Shown here piece after piece: positions 48,421 to 60,500 of a stretch of DNA of 64,000 bases. The notes beneath the pieces are model-generated. The model worked only from the letters and a program-made list of their open reading frames with translations, ran no database searches and was not told where the DNA came from. The position numbers were made by a program, and so were the translations under genes. Source of the DNA: Heptranchias perlo (Eukaryota); contig NC_090359.1 of NCBI RefSeq assembly GCF_035084215.1, positions 24,428,001 through 24,492,000 on the forward strand. Direction: 5' to 3'. How positions within the stretch are numbered: position 1 is the first letter of the stretch; each line of letters begins with the position of its first letter.

Positions 48421-50842
48421 GGGCCTCCATTTCAACTCATCATGCCCTCTCTCCTCTGCGTTCACTGCCCTCCTATTCTCCCTTAATCTCTCCCTCTATA
48501 TAAACTCCCCTTCCGATATTCATGGCCACCCATTAGACCTTGCCATCTCACGTGGCCTCTCTACTCCCATGGTGTCAATCACGGATGAGGCCACCTCTGA
48601 TCACTTCCTTGTATCCCTCTCCACCCACATCCCCCTTCCCCCTCCCACCCCCACTTCCAAAACTCTCCCGCAAGTCACTTACAAAGGCACTTTCAAAGTT
48701 CCAACCGTCTAGCCCTTTGGCCCTCCTTTCACCACGACATTTCTGCAGCTACCGATCTGCTCAATCACACCCTCATCTCCACCTTTGATGCCCTTGTCCC
48801 CATTAAAACCATTACTCTCTCACCCCCCGGTCGTTCCCCCTGGTACGGCTCTCATCTCCACTCCCCTAAGTCCAAGGGACGTAGGCTTGAATGTTAATGA
48901 CAGACAACTGGCTTAGCCATTCATGGCCAGATCTGGCTGGACCACATAAAGCACTATCGGGTCCTGCTCTCCTCTACCAAAACTGCTCACTATTCCAGGA
49001 TCATCCTGGAATGCAAAGATAACTCCCCGTATTCTCTTCTCCACTTAAAACCATCTTCCTAAACCCCTCTCCCTGCCTCCTCCACCCTCACCTCCAACAA
49101 AAAATATGACTTCTTTGTCACTAAGATTGAGACCATCCGTTCAGATGCCTCTGCCGCTTCCCTCACTTCCCCATAGCCCACCGAGCCAAACTTCCCCTAA
49201 AGTTCCCCCTTGCCCTTGCCCTGAACTCACATCCTTCTCTAGTTTCTCTCCTATCTCCCCTCATGCCCTCTCCGAGCTCATCTTGTCCGTGAGACCCACC
49301 TCCTGCTCCCTCCACCCTATTCCCACCAAACTGCTGACCACCCAACTTCCCGTCCTGGCCCCCGTGTTAGCTGATTTTGTTAACGGTTCCCTCTCCTCAG
49401 GTACTGTCCCCCTCCCCTTCAAATCTGCCGTCATCACACCGCTCCTCAAAAAAAACACACTTGACTCCTCTGTCCTTGCAAACTACCGGCCAATCTCCAA
49501 CCTCCCTTTCCTCTCCAATGTCCATGAATGTGTTGTTGCCTCCCAAATCAATGTCCATCTTTCCTGTAACTCCATATTTGAATTCCTTCAATCAGGTTTC
49601 CGCCCCTGCCACAGTACTGAAACGGCCCTTATCGAAATCACAAATGACATCCTATGTGACTGTGACCGCGGTAAACTGTCCCTCCTCATCCTTCTCCATC
49701 TGTTCTGCAGCCTTTGACACGGTTGGCCACATCATCCTCCTCCAACGCCTCTCCTCCATCTGGGTGGGACTACGCTCTCCTGGTTCCATTCCTATCTGTC
49801 CAGTCGTAGCCAGAGAATCCCCTGCAATGGCTTCTCGTCCTGCTCCCACACCGTTAGCTCTGGAGTCCCCCAAAGATCTATCCTTGGCCCCCTCCTATTT
49901 CTCATCTACATGCTGTCCCTCGGCGACATCATCTGAAAACACGTCACATTCTACATGTACGCTGATGACACCCAGCCCGACCTCACCATCACCTCTCTCG
50001 AACCCTCCATTTGTCACACTGCTTGTCCGACATCCAGTACTGGATGAGCAAAAATTTCCTCCAACTAAATATCGGGAAGACCGGAGCCATTGTCTTCGGT
50101 CCCCACCACAAACTCCATTCCCTGGACACCGACTCCATCCCTCTCTCTGGTCACAGTCTGAGGCTGAACCAGACTGTTCGCAACCTTGGCGTACCTATTT
50201 GACCCTGAAATGAGCTTCCGACCACCTATCCGCTCCATCACCAAGACCGCCTACTTCCACCTCCGTAACATCGCCCGTCTCCGCCCCTGCCTCAGCTCAT
50301 CAACTGCTGAAACCTTCATCCATGCCTTTGTTACCTTTAGACTCGACTGTTCCAATGCTCCCCTGGCTAGGCTTCCAACTTCCACCCTCCATAAACTTGA
50401 GTTCATTCAAAACTCTGCTGCCCCGATCCTAACTCATACCAAGTCTTGTTCCCTGTGCTCGCTGACTAAAATTCTCATCCTTGTTTTCAAATCCCTCCGT
50501 GGCCTCGCCCCCTCCCTATCTCTGTAACCTCCTCCCAGCCCTACAACCCTCCTAGATCTCTGCGCTCATCCAATTCTGGCCTCTTGCACATCCCTGATTT
50601 TAATCGCCCCACCATTGGCGGCCGTGCCTTCAGCTGCCTGGGCCCTAAACTCTGGAAATTCCCTCCCTAATCCTCTCCGCCTCTCTAACTCTCTTTCCTT
50701 CTTTAAGACGCTCCTTAAAACCTACTTTTTGACCTGTCCTAATATCTCCTTATGTGGCTCGGTGTCAAATTCTGTTTAATAATGCTCCTACAAAACGCCT
50801 TAGCTACGTTAAAGCCCTATGTAAATTCAAGTTGTTGTTGTT
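48421..50842 (+). mobile_element. L2 LINE, degenerate ORF2 (endonuclease end through RT) and 3' tail
   Basis: GHPLDLAISR..SDHFLV; NYRPISNLPFLS; QSGFRPCHSTETAL; SAAFDTV; YADD; tail caagttgttgttgttg. Confidence 0.93.
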
Positions 50843-51074
50843 GTAATGTCTCATCCGAAAGATGGCACCACTGACAGAGCAGCGCTCTCTCAGTAACGCA
50901 CTGGAGTGTCCACCTGGATTATGCCCCTGTATCTGTTGTGTGTTTTTGAGGAGGGAGCACCAGGTAGTCACAATGCATGGGGGGGGGGGGAGCAAGTGTT
51001 GGAGGGAACCTCTGTGACAAACATTGGTGTGTAATCATTGTCCTGTAATCATCAATGCAATCACTACCCTGCAA

Positions 51075-51256
51075 TCACTAAAACAGACGATCTGGTCACT
51101 ATCACATTGCTGTCTGTGGGATCTTGCTGTGCACAAATTGGCTGCCACGTTTCCTACATTACAACAGTGACTCCACTTCAAAAAAGTACTTAATCGGCTG
51201 TAAAGCGCTTTGGGACATCCTGAGGTCGTGAAAGGCGCTATCTAAATGCAAGTTTT
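51075..51256 (+). mobile_element. DeuSINE 3' portion
   Basis: gtgggatcttgctgtgcacaaattggctgcc...gtaaagcgctttggg. Confidence 0.85.
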
Positions 51257-51659
51257 TGTTTTAGATGGTGGGACATGGGTGGTGTTTACACAGAATTTAC
51301 AGCACAGGGACAGGCCATTCGGCCCAACAGGTCCATGCCGGCATGTTTACATGCAAGTTGAAGACGATGGTGCAAAACGGACAAGTAATTACAGAGAAAT
51401 GTGGGAACGTGCGGTTATCACAAGAACATTCTTTAAAAGATCTAAAGATACCTTCAGTCGTGTGGTCACATTGATCGACTTTGGACATCTCTTCTGCACA
51501 AACCACTGTTTCCACGCTCGGGCTTTGCACTGGTTGAGCGAGCTCAGAAGCAACATCAAAATTGTACAGACCGAGAGGAACGGTTCACAGTACACTGAAA
51601 CCAAAAGGTATTACTTGCACTTTTCCTGCCCCCATGCTTTATATAGAATCACGTAGAAT

Positions 51660-52080
51660 TTACCAGGCCATTTGGCCCAACTAGTCTATGCTGGTGTTTA
51701 TGCTCCACATGAGCCTCCTCCCACTCTACTCAATCTAAACCCATCAACAAAACCTTCTATTCCTTTCTCCCTCATGTGTTTAAGTGCTTTCCCTCAAATA
51801 CATCTACACTATTCACCTCAAATACTCCATGTGGGAGCGAGTTCCACATTCTCACCACTCTCTGAGTAAAGGAGCTTCTCCTGAATTCCTAACTGGATTT
51901 ATTAGCGACTATCTTATTTTTATGGCCCCTAGTTTTGGAATCCCCCACAAGTGAAAATATTTTCTCTCTGTCTACGCTAGCAAAACCCTCCATGATTTTT
52001 AAAGACCTCTATCAGGTCACCCCACATCCTTCTCTTTTCTAGAGAAAAGAGCCGCAGCCTGTTCAGTCTTTCCTGACAGA
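51660..52080 (-). mobile_element. CR1 3' fragment
   Basis: ERLNRLRLFSLEKRRMWGDLIEVFK on the minus strand. Confidence 0.9.
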
Positions 52081-52137
52081 TTGTGTCTCTGTGTGTGTCT
52101 GTGTGTGTGTCTGTTTGTGTGTGCATGTGCCTGTGTG

Positions 52138-52268
52138 NNNNNNNNNNNNNNNNNNNNNNNNNNNNNNNNNNNNNNNNNNNNNNNNNNNNNNNNNNNNNNN
52201 NNNNNNNNNNNNNNNNNNNNNNNNNNNNNNNNNNNNNNNNNNNNNNNNNNNNNNNNNNNNNNNNNNNN
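52138..52268. other. Assembly gap (N)
   Basis: Run of N. Confidence 1.
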
Positions 52269-52580
52269 AGTACCGTGCACAGTTCTGGTCTCCATATTAT
52301 AGAAAGGACATGGAGGCATTGGAGAGGGTGCAAAAAAGATTCACAAGATGATATCAGAACTGAGAGGATATCCTTATCAGGGAAGGCTGAACAGGCTGGG
52401 GCTCTTTTTACTAGAAAAGTGAAGGCTGAGGGGCGACCTGATAGAGATCTTTAAAATAAAGATAGGGTTTGATAGGGTAGACGTGGAGAAAATGTTTCCA
52501 CTTGTGGGGGAGTCCAAAACTAGAGGTCATAAATATAAAATAGTCGCTAATAAATCCAATAGGGAATTCAGGAGAATTCT
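52269..52580 (+). mobile_element. CR1 ORF2 fragment
   Basis: QFWSPYYRKDMEALERVQKRFTR. Confidence 0.9.
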
Positions 52581-53743
52581 ATGTGTGTATCTCTCTCTCT
52601 CTATGTGTGTCTCTCTCTCTATGTGTGTGTGTATCACTCTCTATGTGTGTGTGTATCTCTCTCTATGTGTGTATCTCTCTCTATGTGTGTGTGTCTCTCT
52701 CTCTATGTGTGTATCTCTCTCTATGTGTGTGTGTCTCTCTCTCTATGTGTGTATCTCTCTCTATGTGTGTGTGTCTCTCTCTATGTGTGTGTCTCACTAT
52801 GTCTCTGTGTGTATCTCTCNNNNNNNNNNNNNNNNNNNNNNNNNNNNNNNNNNNNNNNNNNNNNNNNNNNNNNNNNNNNNNNNNNNNNNNNNNNNNNNNN
52901 NNNNNNNNNNNNNNNNNNNNNNNNNNNNNNNNNNNNNNNNNNNNNNNNNNNNNNNNNNNNNNNNNNNNNNNNNNNNNNNNNNNNNTGTGTATCTCTCTCT
53001 ATGTGTGTGTGTATCTCTCTATGTGTGTGTATCTGTGTGTGTGTGTCTCTCTCTCTATGTGTGTGTATCTGTGTGTGTGTGTATCTGTGTGTGTGTATCT
53101 CTCGCTATCTGTGTGTGTATCTCTCTCTATGTGTGTGTATCTGTGCCTAAGCATGTGTCTCTATGTCTCTGTGTATCTCTCTCTATGTGTGTGTGTATAT
53201 CTCTCTATCTGTGTGTGTATCTCTCTCTATGTGTGTGTGTATATCTCTCTATCTGTGTGTGTATCTCTCTCTATGTGTGTGTATCTGTGCCTAAGCATGT
53301 GTCTCTATGTCTCTGTGTATCTCTCTCTATGTGTGTGTGTATATCTCTCTCTATGTGTGTGTCTCTGTGTCTCTGTGTGTATCTCTCTCTATCTCTCTCT
53401 ATGTGTGTATCCCTTTCTATGTCTCTGTGTGTAGCTCTCTATCTATGTGTGTATCTCTCTCTCTGTGGCTCTGTGTGTATCTCTCTCTATCTCTCTCTAT
53501 GTGTGTATCTCTCTCTATCTCTCTCTATGTCCCTGTGTCTATCTCTCTCTATCTCTCTCTAGGTGTGTATCTCTCTCTATCTCTCTCTAGGTGTGTATCT
53601 CTCTCGATGTCTCTGTGTGTATCTCTCTCTATCTCTCTATGTGTGTATCTCTCTCTATCTCTCTCTCTATGTCTCTGTGTGTATCTCTCTCTATCTCTCT
53701 CTATGTGTGTATCTCTCTCTATCTCTCTCTATGTCCCTGTGTG

Positions 53744-53776
<33 letters not shown>

Positions 53777-54420
53777 GTCCCTGTGTGTATCTCTCTCTAT
53801 CCCTCTCTGTGTCTCTGTGTGTATCTCTCTCTATCTCTCTCTATGTGTGTATCTCTCTATCTCTCTCTATGACCCTGTGTGTATCTCTCTCTATCTCTCT
53901 CTATGTCTCTGTGTGTATCTCTATCTATCTCTCTCTATGTGTGTATCTCTCTATCACTCCCTATGTCTCTGTGTGTATCTCTCTCTATCTCTCTCTAGGT
54001 GTGTATCTCTCTCTATCTCTCTCTAGGTGTGTATCTCTCTCTATCTCTCTCTAGGTGTGTATCTCTCTCTATCTCTCTCTATGTGTGTATCTCTCTCTAT
54101 CTCTTTCTACGTCCCTGTGTGTATCTCTCTCTATCTCTAGGTGTGTATCTCTCTCTATCTCTCTCTAGGTGTGTATCTCTCTATGTCTCTGTGTGTATCT
54201 CTCTCTCTATGTCTCTGTGTGTATCTCTCTCTATCTCTATGTATGTTTCTCTCTCTATCTCTCTCTATGTCTCTCTATGTATCTCTCTCTATTTCTCTCT
54301 ATGTCCCTGTGTGTATCTCTCTATATCTCTCTCTATGTCCCTGTGTGTATCTCTCTCTATCTCTCTCTATGTCTCTGTGTGTATCTCTCTCTATGTATCT
54401 CTCTCTATCTCTCTCTATGT
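52580..54420. repeat. (TG)/(TC)/(TA) compound microsatellite, containing an N gap at 52820-52985
   Basis: Direct reading. Confidence 0.97.
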
Positions 54421-54474
54421 GATTGTGTGTTGCGATTCAGAATGTCTGAACTTCCAAAGGAGACTTATATATCA

Positions 54475-56070
54475 ACAAGAAAAACAATTCGCATTTATAC
54501 AGTGCCATTATTGTAGTAAAATGACCCGAGGAGCTTCACAGGAGCGATTATCAGACAAAATTTGACACCGAGCCACATAAGGAGATATTTGGACAGGTGA
54601 CCAAAAGCTTGGTCAAAGAGGTAGGTTTTAAGGAGCATCTTAAAGGAGCAGAGAGAAGTAGAGAGGTAGAGAGGTTTAGGGAGAGAATTCCAGAGCTTAG
54701 GGCCCAGGCAGCTGAAGGCACGGCCGCCAATGATGGGGCGATTAAAATCAGGCAAGAGGCCAGAATTTGAGGGGCCAGAGATCTTGGAGGGTTGTAGGGC
54801 TGGAGGAGGTTACAGAGATAGGGAGGGGGTGAGGCCATGGAGGGATTTGAACACGAGGATGAGAATTTTAAAATTCGAGGGGTTGACGGACCGGGAGCCA
54901 ATGTAGGTCAGCGAGCACAGGGGGTGATGGGTGAACGGGACTCGGTGCGAGCTGGGATACGGGGCAGCAGAGTTTTGGATGAGTTTGAGTTTACGGAGGG
55001 TGGAAGGTGGGAGGCCGGCCAGGAGAGCGTTGGAATAGTCGAGTCGGGAGGTAACAATGGCACGGATGAGGGTTTCAGAAGCAGGTGGGCTGAGGCAGGG
55101 ACGGAGACGGGCGACGTTTCAGAGTGGGGAGTAGGCGGTCTTTATGATGGAGAGGTTACGGGGTCGGAGGCTCAGCTCAGGGTCAAATGAGGTTGTGAAT
55201 AGACTGGTTCAACAGTCAATGACCAGGGAGGGGGATGGAATCGGTAGCGAGGGAACGGGGTCTGTGGCGGGGGGCCGCAGACAATGGCTTTGGTCAATAA
55301 GAACATAAGAAACAGGAGCAGGAGTAGGCCAATCGGCTCCTCGATCCTGCTCCGCCATTCAATAAGATCATGGCTGATCTGATCCTAACCTCAAATCTAA
55401 ATTCATGTCCAATTTCCTGCCCGCTCCCCGTAACCCCTAATTCCCTTTACTTCTAGGAAACTGTCTATTTCTGTTTTAAATTTATTTAATGATGTAGCTT
55501 CCACAGCTTCCTGGGGCAGCAAATTCCACAGACCTACTACCCTCTGAGTGAAGAAGTTTCTGCTCATCTCAGTTTTGAAAGATCAGCCCCTTATTCTAAG
55601 ATTATGCCCCCTAGTTCTAGTTTCACCCATCCTTGGGAACATCCTTACCGCATCCGCCCGATCAAGCCCCTCCACAATCTTATATGTTTCAATAAGATCG
55701 CCTCTCATTCTTCTGAACTCCAATGAGTAGAGTCCCAATCTACTCAACCTCTCCTCATGGTGTGGCCAACCGTGTCGAAGGCTGCAGGCCGGTCGAGAAG
55801 GATGAGGAGGGAGATCACACCATGGTCACAATCGCACAGGGTGCCATTTGCGACTTTGATCAGGGCCGTTTCGGTCCCGTGGCAGGGGCGGAAACCCGAT
55901 GGGAGAGGTCCAAACATGGAGTGGCGGGAAAGAGGGGCACGGATTTGGGAGGCGACAAGGAATTTGGAGAGGAAAGGGAGGTTGGAGGTGGTTTGCGGGG
56001 GCAGGAGGGTCGAGGGGGTTTTTTTTTTTGAGGAGGGGGGTGATGACGGCAGATTTGAAAGGGAGGGGGA
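54475..56070 (-). mobile_element. L2 LINE fragment split by a minus-strand CR1 3' fragment (~55297-55757)
   Basis: GGRAFSCLGPKLWNSLP on the minus strand; L2 RT (AAFDTVGH) resumes at ~55760; insert starts aagaacataagaaacaggagcaggagtaggcc. Confidence 0.88.
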
Positions 56071-56477
56071 CGCATTTACAATATCTGAACCAATCCCCCC
56101 ATCATTGGCTGACGGGCACTATTCTCACCATCTTTCATTTTGGACTAACTCTGTCCTGTCCCCTCTCCGTTTGGTCACGTGATTTGAGCCTGACGCCAAC
56201 TGTCATCTCTTGTGATTGCTGCGCTGGGCCGTCCTGACTATTTAACCCAGCCGTCTCTGTCTGACGATTAACAGCTGCTATTCTTGTCCCTCTGTCAGCA
56301 CCTCGGGCCGACACCATCTCGTAGATCACAGCTGCTCCACACAACTTGTGGCTTTGCTGATACCAAGCCACGGTTTCCGGTGCGAGACGGTTTTTGAATC
56401 ATTGCACGGCAACACTTGCCACTCAAAAGCTCTCGAAACCTGAGCTCACTGTCCACCTTGCGATTATTTCCGGATTT

Positions 56478-57048
56478 CACAGAATCATACAGCACGGAAG
56501 GAGGCCATTCGGCCCATCGTGCCTGTGCCGGCTCTCTGAAAGAGCTATCCAATTAGTCCCACCCTCCAACTTCCCCACCCACCCCTGCTGTTTCCCCCAT
56601 AGCCCTGCAAATATTTCCTTTTCGAGTATTTATCCAATTCCCTTTTGAAAGTTATTATTGAATCTGCTTCAACCGCCCTTTCAGGCAGCGCATTCCAGAT
56701 CAGAACAACTCGCTGCGTAAAAATAAGTCTCCTCGTCTCCCCTCTGGTTCTCTTGCCAATTATATTAAATCTGTGTCCTCTGGTCACTAACCCTCCTCCC
56801 ACTGGAAACAGTTTCTCCTTATTTACTCTGTCAAAACCCGTCATCATTTTGAACACCTCTATTAAATCTCCCCTTAACCTTCTCTGTTCTAAGGAGAACA
56901 ATCCCAGCTTCTCCAGTCTCTCCACGTAACTGAAGTCTCTCATCCCTGGCACAATTCTAGTAAATCTCCTCTGCACCCTCTCCAAGGCCTTGACATCCTT
57001 CCTAAAGTGTGGTGCCCAGAATTGGACACAATACTCCAGCTGAGGCCT
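56478..57048 (-). mobile_element. CR1 3' fragment
   Basis: RPQLEYCVQFWAPHFRKD...FKRELDKY. Confidence 0.93.
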
Positions 57049-57569
57049 CATTTGCGTGAATTCTCCCATAGTGCTGCCTGAACCCAGCCAGATCCACTAC
57101 CTGGCTAGCAGGAGGGAGGGGGAATTCGGCAGCTGGAGGCCACGATCAGGGGGAGGGGTTGGGGCCTGGGGAGGCCCAAGGCTTCTTCAGGAGGCCCGGA
57201 GCAGCACTCCTGCCTCTCCTGGCCTACCTGGAAACTTAAGATAATGTTATCAAACTTACCTGCCTGGGCCTCTTCTGCCCCTCGATCCCCCTCCCGGCAG
57301 GTCTGGCCTGACAGGGAAGCCGTCACTGAACCCTCCACTCGGACCTCGGGTTAAAATTGCAGTCAGATCCCGATGATATCACCCGGGACCCCACTTCCTG
57401 CGGTTGTCCCGTTCGCCTGCTGTAGGGGGCAGGTTAAGATCGGGGCACGCTGAAGAGACGGCGAGATCGGAGGGGGGAAAGTGACTCGCCTCATTTTAAC
57501 TGCCCAACCCCCTCCTCTCGCACCCCCTGCCCGATTTCCACCAGCTGGTGGCATTTAAAATCAGGGCCC

Positions 57570-60500
57570 ACGGAATGAGAAACACGGAGTGCGAAACAGA
57601 GAGTGAGAAACAAGGAGTGAGAAACATGGAGTGAGAAACAGAGAGTGAGAAACACGGAGTGCAAAACAGAGAGTGAGAAACACGGAGTGCAAAACACGGA
57701 GTGCGAAACAGAGAGTGAGAAACACGGAGTGCAAAACACGGAGTGCGAAACAGAGAGTGAGAAACAAGGAGTGAGAAACATGGAGTGAGAAACATGGAGT
57801 GATAAACACGGAGTGCGAAACAGAGAGTGAGAAACATGGAGTGAGAAACAGAGAGTGAGAAACAGAGAGTGAGAAACACAGAGTGAGAAACACGGAGTGC
57901 GAAACACGGAGTGCGAAACAGAGAGTGAGAAACAGAGAGTGAGAAACAGAGAGTGAGAAACACAGAGTGAGAAACACGGAGTGAGAAACAGAGAGTGAGA
58001 AACAAGGAGTGAGAAACATGGAGTGAGAAACATGGAGTGAGAAACACGGAGTGCAAAACAGAGAGTGAGAAACACGGAGTGCAAAACACGGAGTGCGAAA
58101 CAGAGAGTGAGAAACATGGAGTGAGAAACATGGAGTGCAAAACAGAGAGTGAGAAACAGAGAGTGAGAAACATGGAGTGAGAAACATGGAGTGAGAAACA
58201 TGGAGTGAGAAACACGGAGTGCGAAACAGAGAGTGAGAAACAAGGAGTGAGAAACATGGAGTGAGAAACAGAGAGTGAGAAACACGGAGTGCAAAACAGA
58301 GAGTGAGAAACACGGAGTGCAAAACACGGAGTGCGAAACAGAGAGTGAGAAACACGGAATGCAAAACACGGAGTGCGAAACAGAGAGTGAGAAACAAGGA
58401 GTGAGAAACATGGAGTGAGAAACATGGAATGAGAAACACGGAGTGCGAAACAGAGAGTGAGAAACATGGAGTGAGAAACAGAGAGTGAGAAACAGAGAGT
58501 GAGAAACACAGAGTGAGAAACACGGAGTGCGAAACACGGAGTGCGAAACAGAGAGTGAGAAACAGAGAGTGAGAAACAGAGAGTGAGAAACACAGAGTGA
58601 GAAACACGGAGTGAGAAACAGAGAGTGAGAAACAAGGAGTGAGAAACATGGAGTGAGAAACATGGAGTGAGAAACACGGAGTGCAAAACAGAGAGTGAGA
58701 AACACGGAGTGCAAAGCACGGAGTGCGAAACAGAGAGTGAGAAACATGGAGTGAGAAACATGGAGTGCAAAACAGAGAGTGAGAAACAGAGAGTGAGAAA
58801 CATGGAGTGAGAAACATGGAGTGAGAAACATGGAGTGAGAAACACGGAGTGCGAAACAGAGAGTGAGAAACAGAGAGTGAGAAACACGGAGTGCGAAACA
58901 GAGAGTGAGAAACATGGAGTGAGAAACACGGAGTGAGAAACAGAGAGTGAGAAACACGGAGTGCGAAACAGAGAGTGAGAAACATGGAGTGAGAAACATG
59001 GAGTGAGAAACATGGAGTGCAAAACAGAGAGTGAGAAACACGGAGTGCGAAACACGGAGTGCGAAACAGAGAGTGAGAAACAGAGAGTGAGAAACACAGA
59101 GTGCGAAACAGAGAGTGAGAAACACGGAGTGAGAAACAGAGAGTGAGAAACACGGAGTGCGAAACAGAGAGTGAGAAACAAGGAGTGCGAAACAGAGAGT
59201 GAGAAACAAGGAGTGAGAAACACGGAGTGAGAAACAGAGAGTGAGAAACACGGAGTGCGAAACACGGAGTGCAAAACAGAGAGTGAGAAACACGGAGTGC
59301 AAAACACGGAGTGCGAAACAGAGAGTGAGAAACAGAGAGTGTGAAACAGAGAGTGAGAAACACAGAGTGCGAAACACGGAGTGAGAAACAGAGAGTGAGA
59401 AACAAGGAGTGAGAAACATGGAGTGAGAAACATGGAGTGAGAAACACGGAGTGCAAAACAGAGAGTGAGAAACACGGAGTGCAAAACACGGAGTGCGAAA
59501 CAGAGAGTGAGAAACATGGAGTGAGAAACATGGAGTGCAAAACAGAGAGTGAGAAACAGAGAGTGAGAAACATGGAGTGAGAAACATGGAGTGAGAAACA
59601 AGGAGTGAGAAACACAGAGTGCGAAACAGAGAGTGAGAAACAGAGAGTGAGAAACACGGAGTGCGAAACAGAGAGTGAGAAACATGGAGTGAGAAACACG
59701 GAGTGAGAAACAGAGAGTGAGAAACACGGAGTGCGAAACAGAGAGTGAGAAACATGGAGTGAGAAACATGGAGTGAGAAACATGGAGTGCAAAACAGAGA
59801 GTGAGAAACACGGAGTGCGAAACACGGAGTGCGAAACAGAGAGTGAGAAACAGAGAGTGAGAAACACAGAGTGCGAAACAGAGAGTGAGAAACACGGAGT
59901 GAGAAACAGAGAGTGAGAAACACGGAGTGCGAAACAGAGAGTGAGAAACACGGAGTGCGAAACAGAGAGTGAGAAACAAGGAGTGAGAAACACGGAGTGA
60001 GAAACAGAGAGTGAGAAACACGGAGTGCGAAACACGGAGTGCAAAACAGAGAGTGAGAAACACGGAGTGCAAAACACGGAGTGCGAAAAAGAGAGTAAGA
60101 AACAAGGAGTGAGAAACAAGGAGTGAGAAACACGGAGTGAGAAACAGAGAGTGAGAAACATGGAGTGCGAAACAGAGAGTGAGAAACAAGGAGTGAGAAA
60201 CAAGGAGTGAGAAACACGGAGTGCAAAACAGAGAGTGAGAAACATGGAGTGCAAAACATGGAGTGCGAAACAGAGAGTGAGAAACAAAGAGTGAGAAACA
60301 CAGAGTGCGAAACAGAGTGAGAAACACGGAGTGCGAAACACGGAGTGCGAAACAGAGAGTGAGAAACACGGAGTGCGAAACAGAGAGTGAGAAACACGGA
60401 GTGCGAAACACGGGTGCGAAAAAGAGAGTGAGAAACAGAGAGTGAGAAACAGAGTGAGAAACACGGAGTGCGAAACACGGAGTGCGAAACAGAGAGTGAG

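Noticed and set aside
51265-51474. AGMFTC Ig-like F-strand motif
   Set aside because: The motif lies in a reverse-complement CR1 3' tail and the rest of the domain is absent
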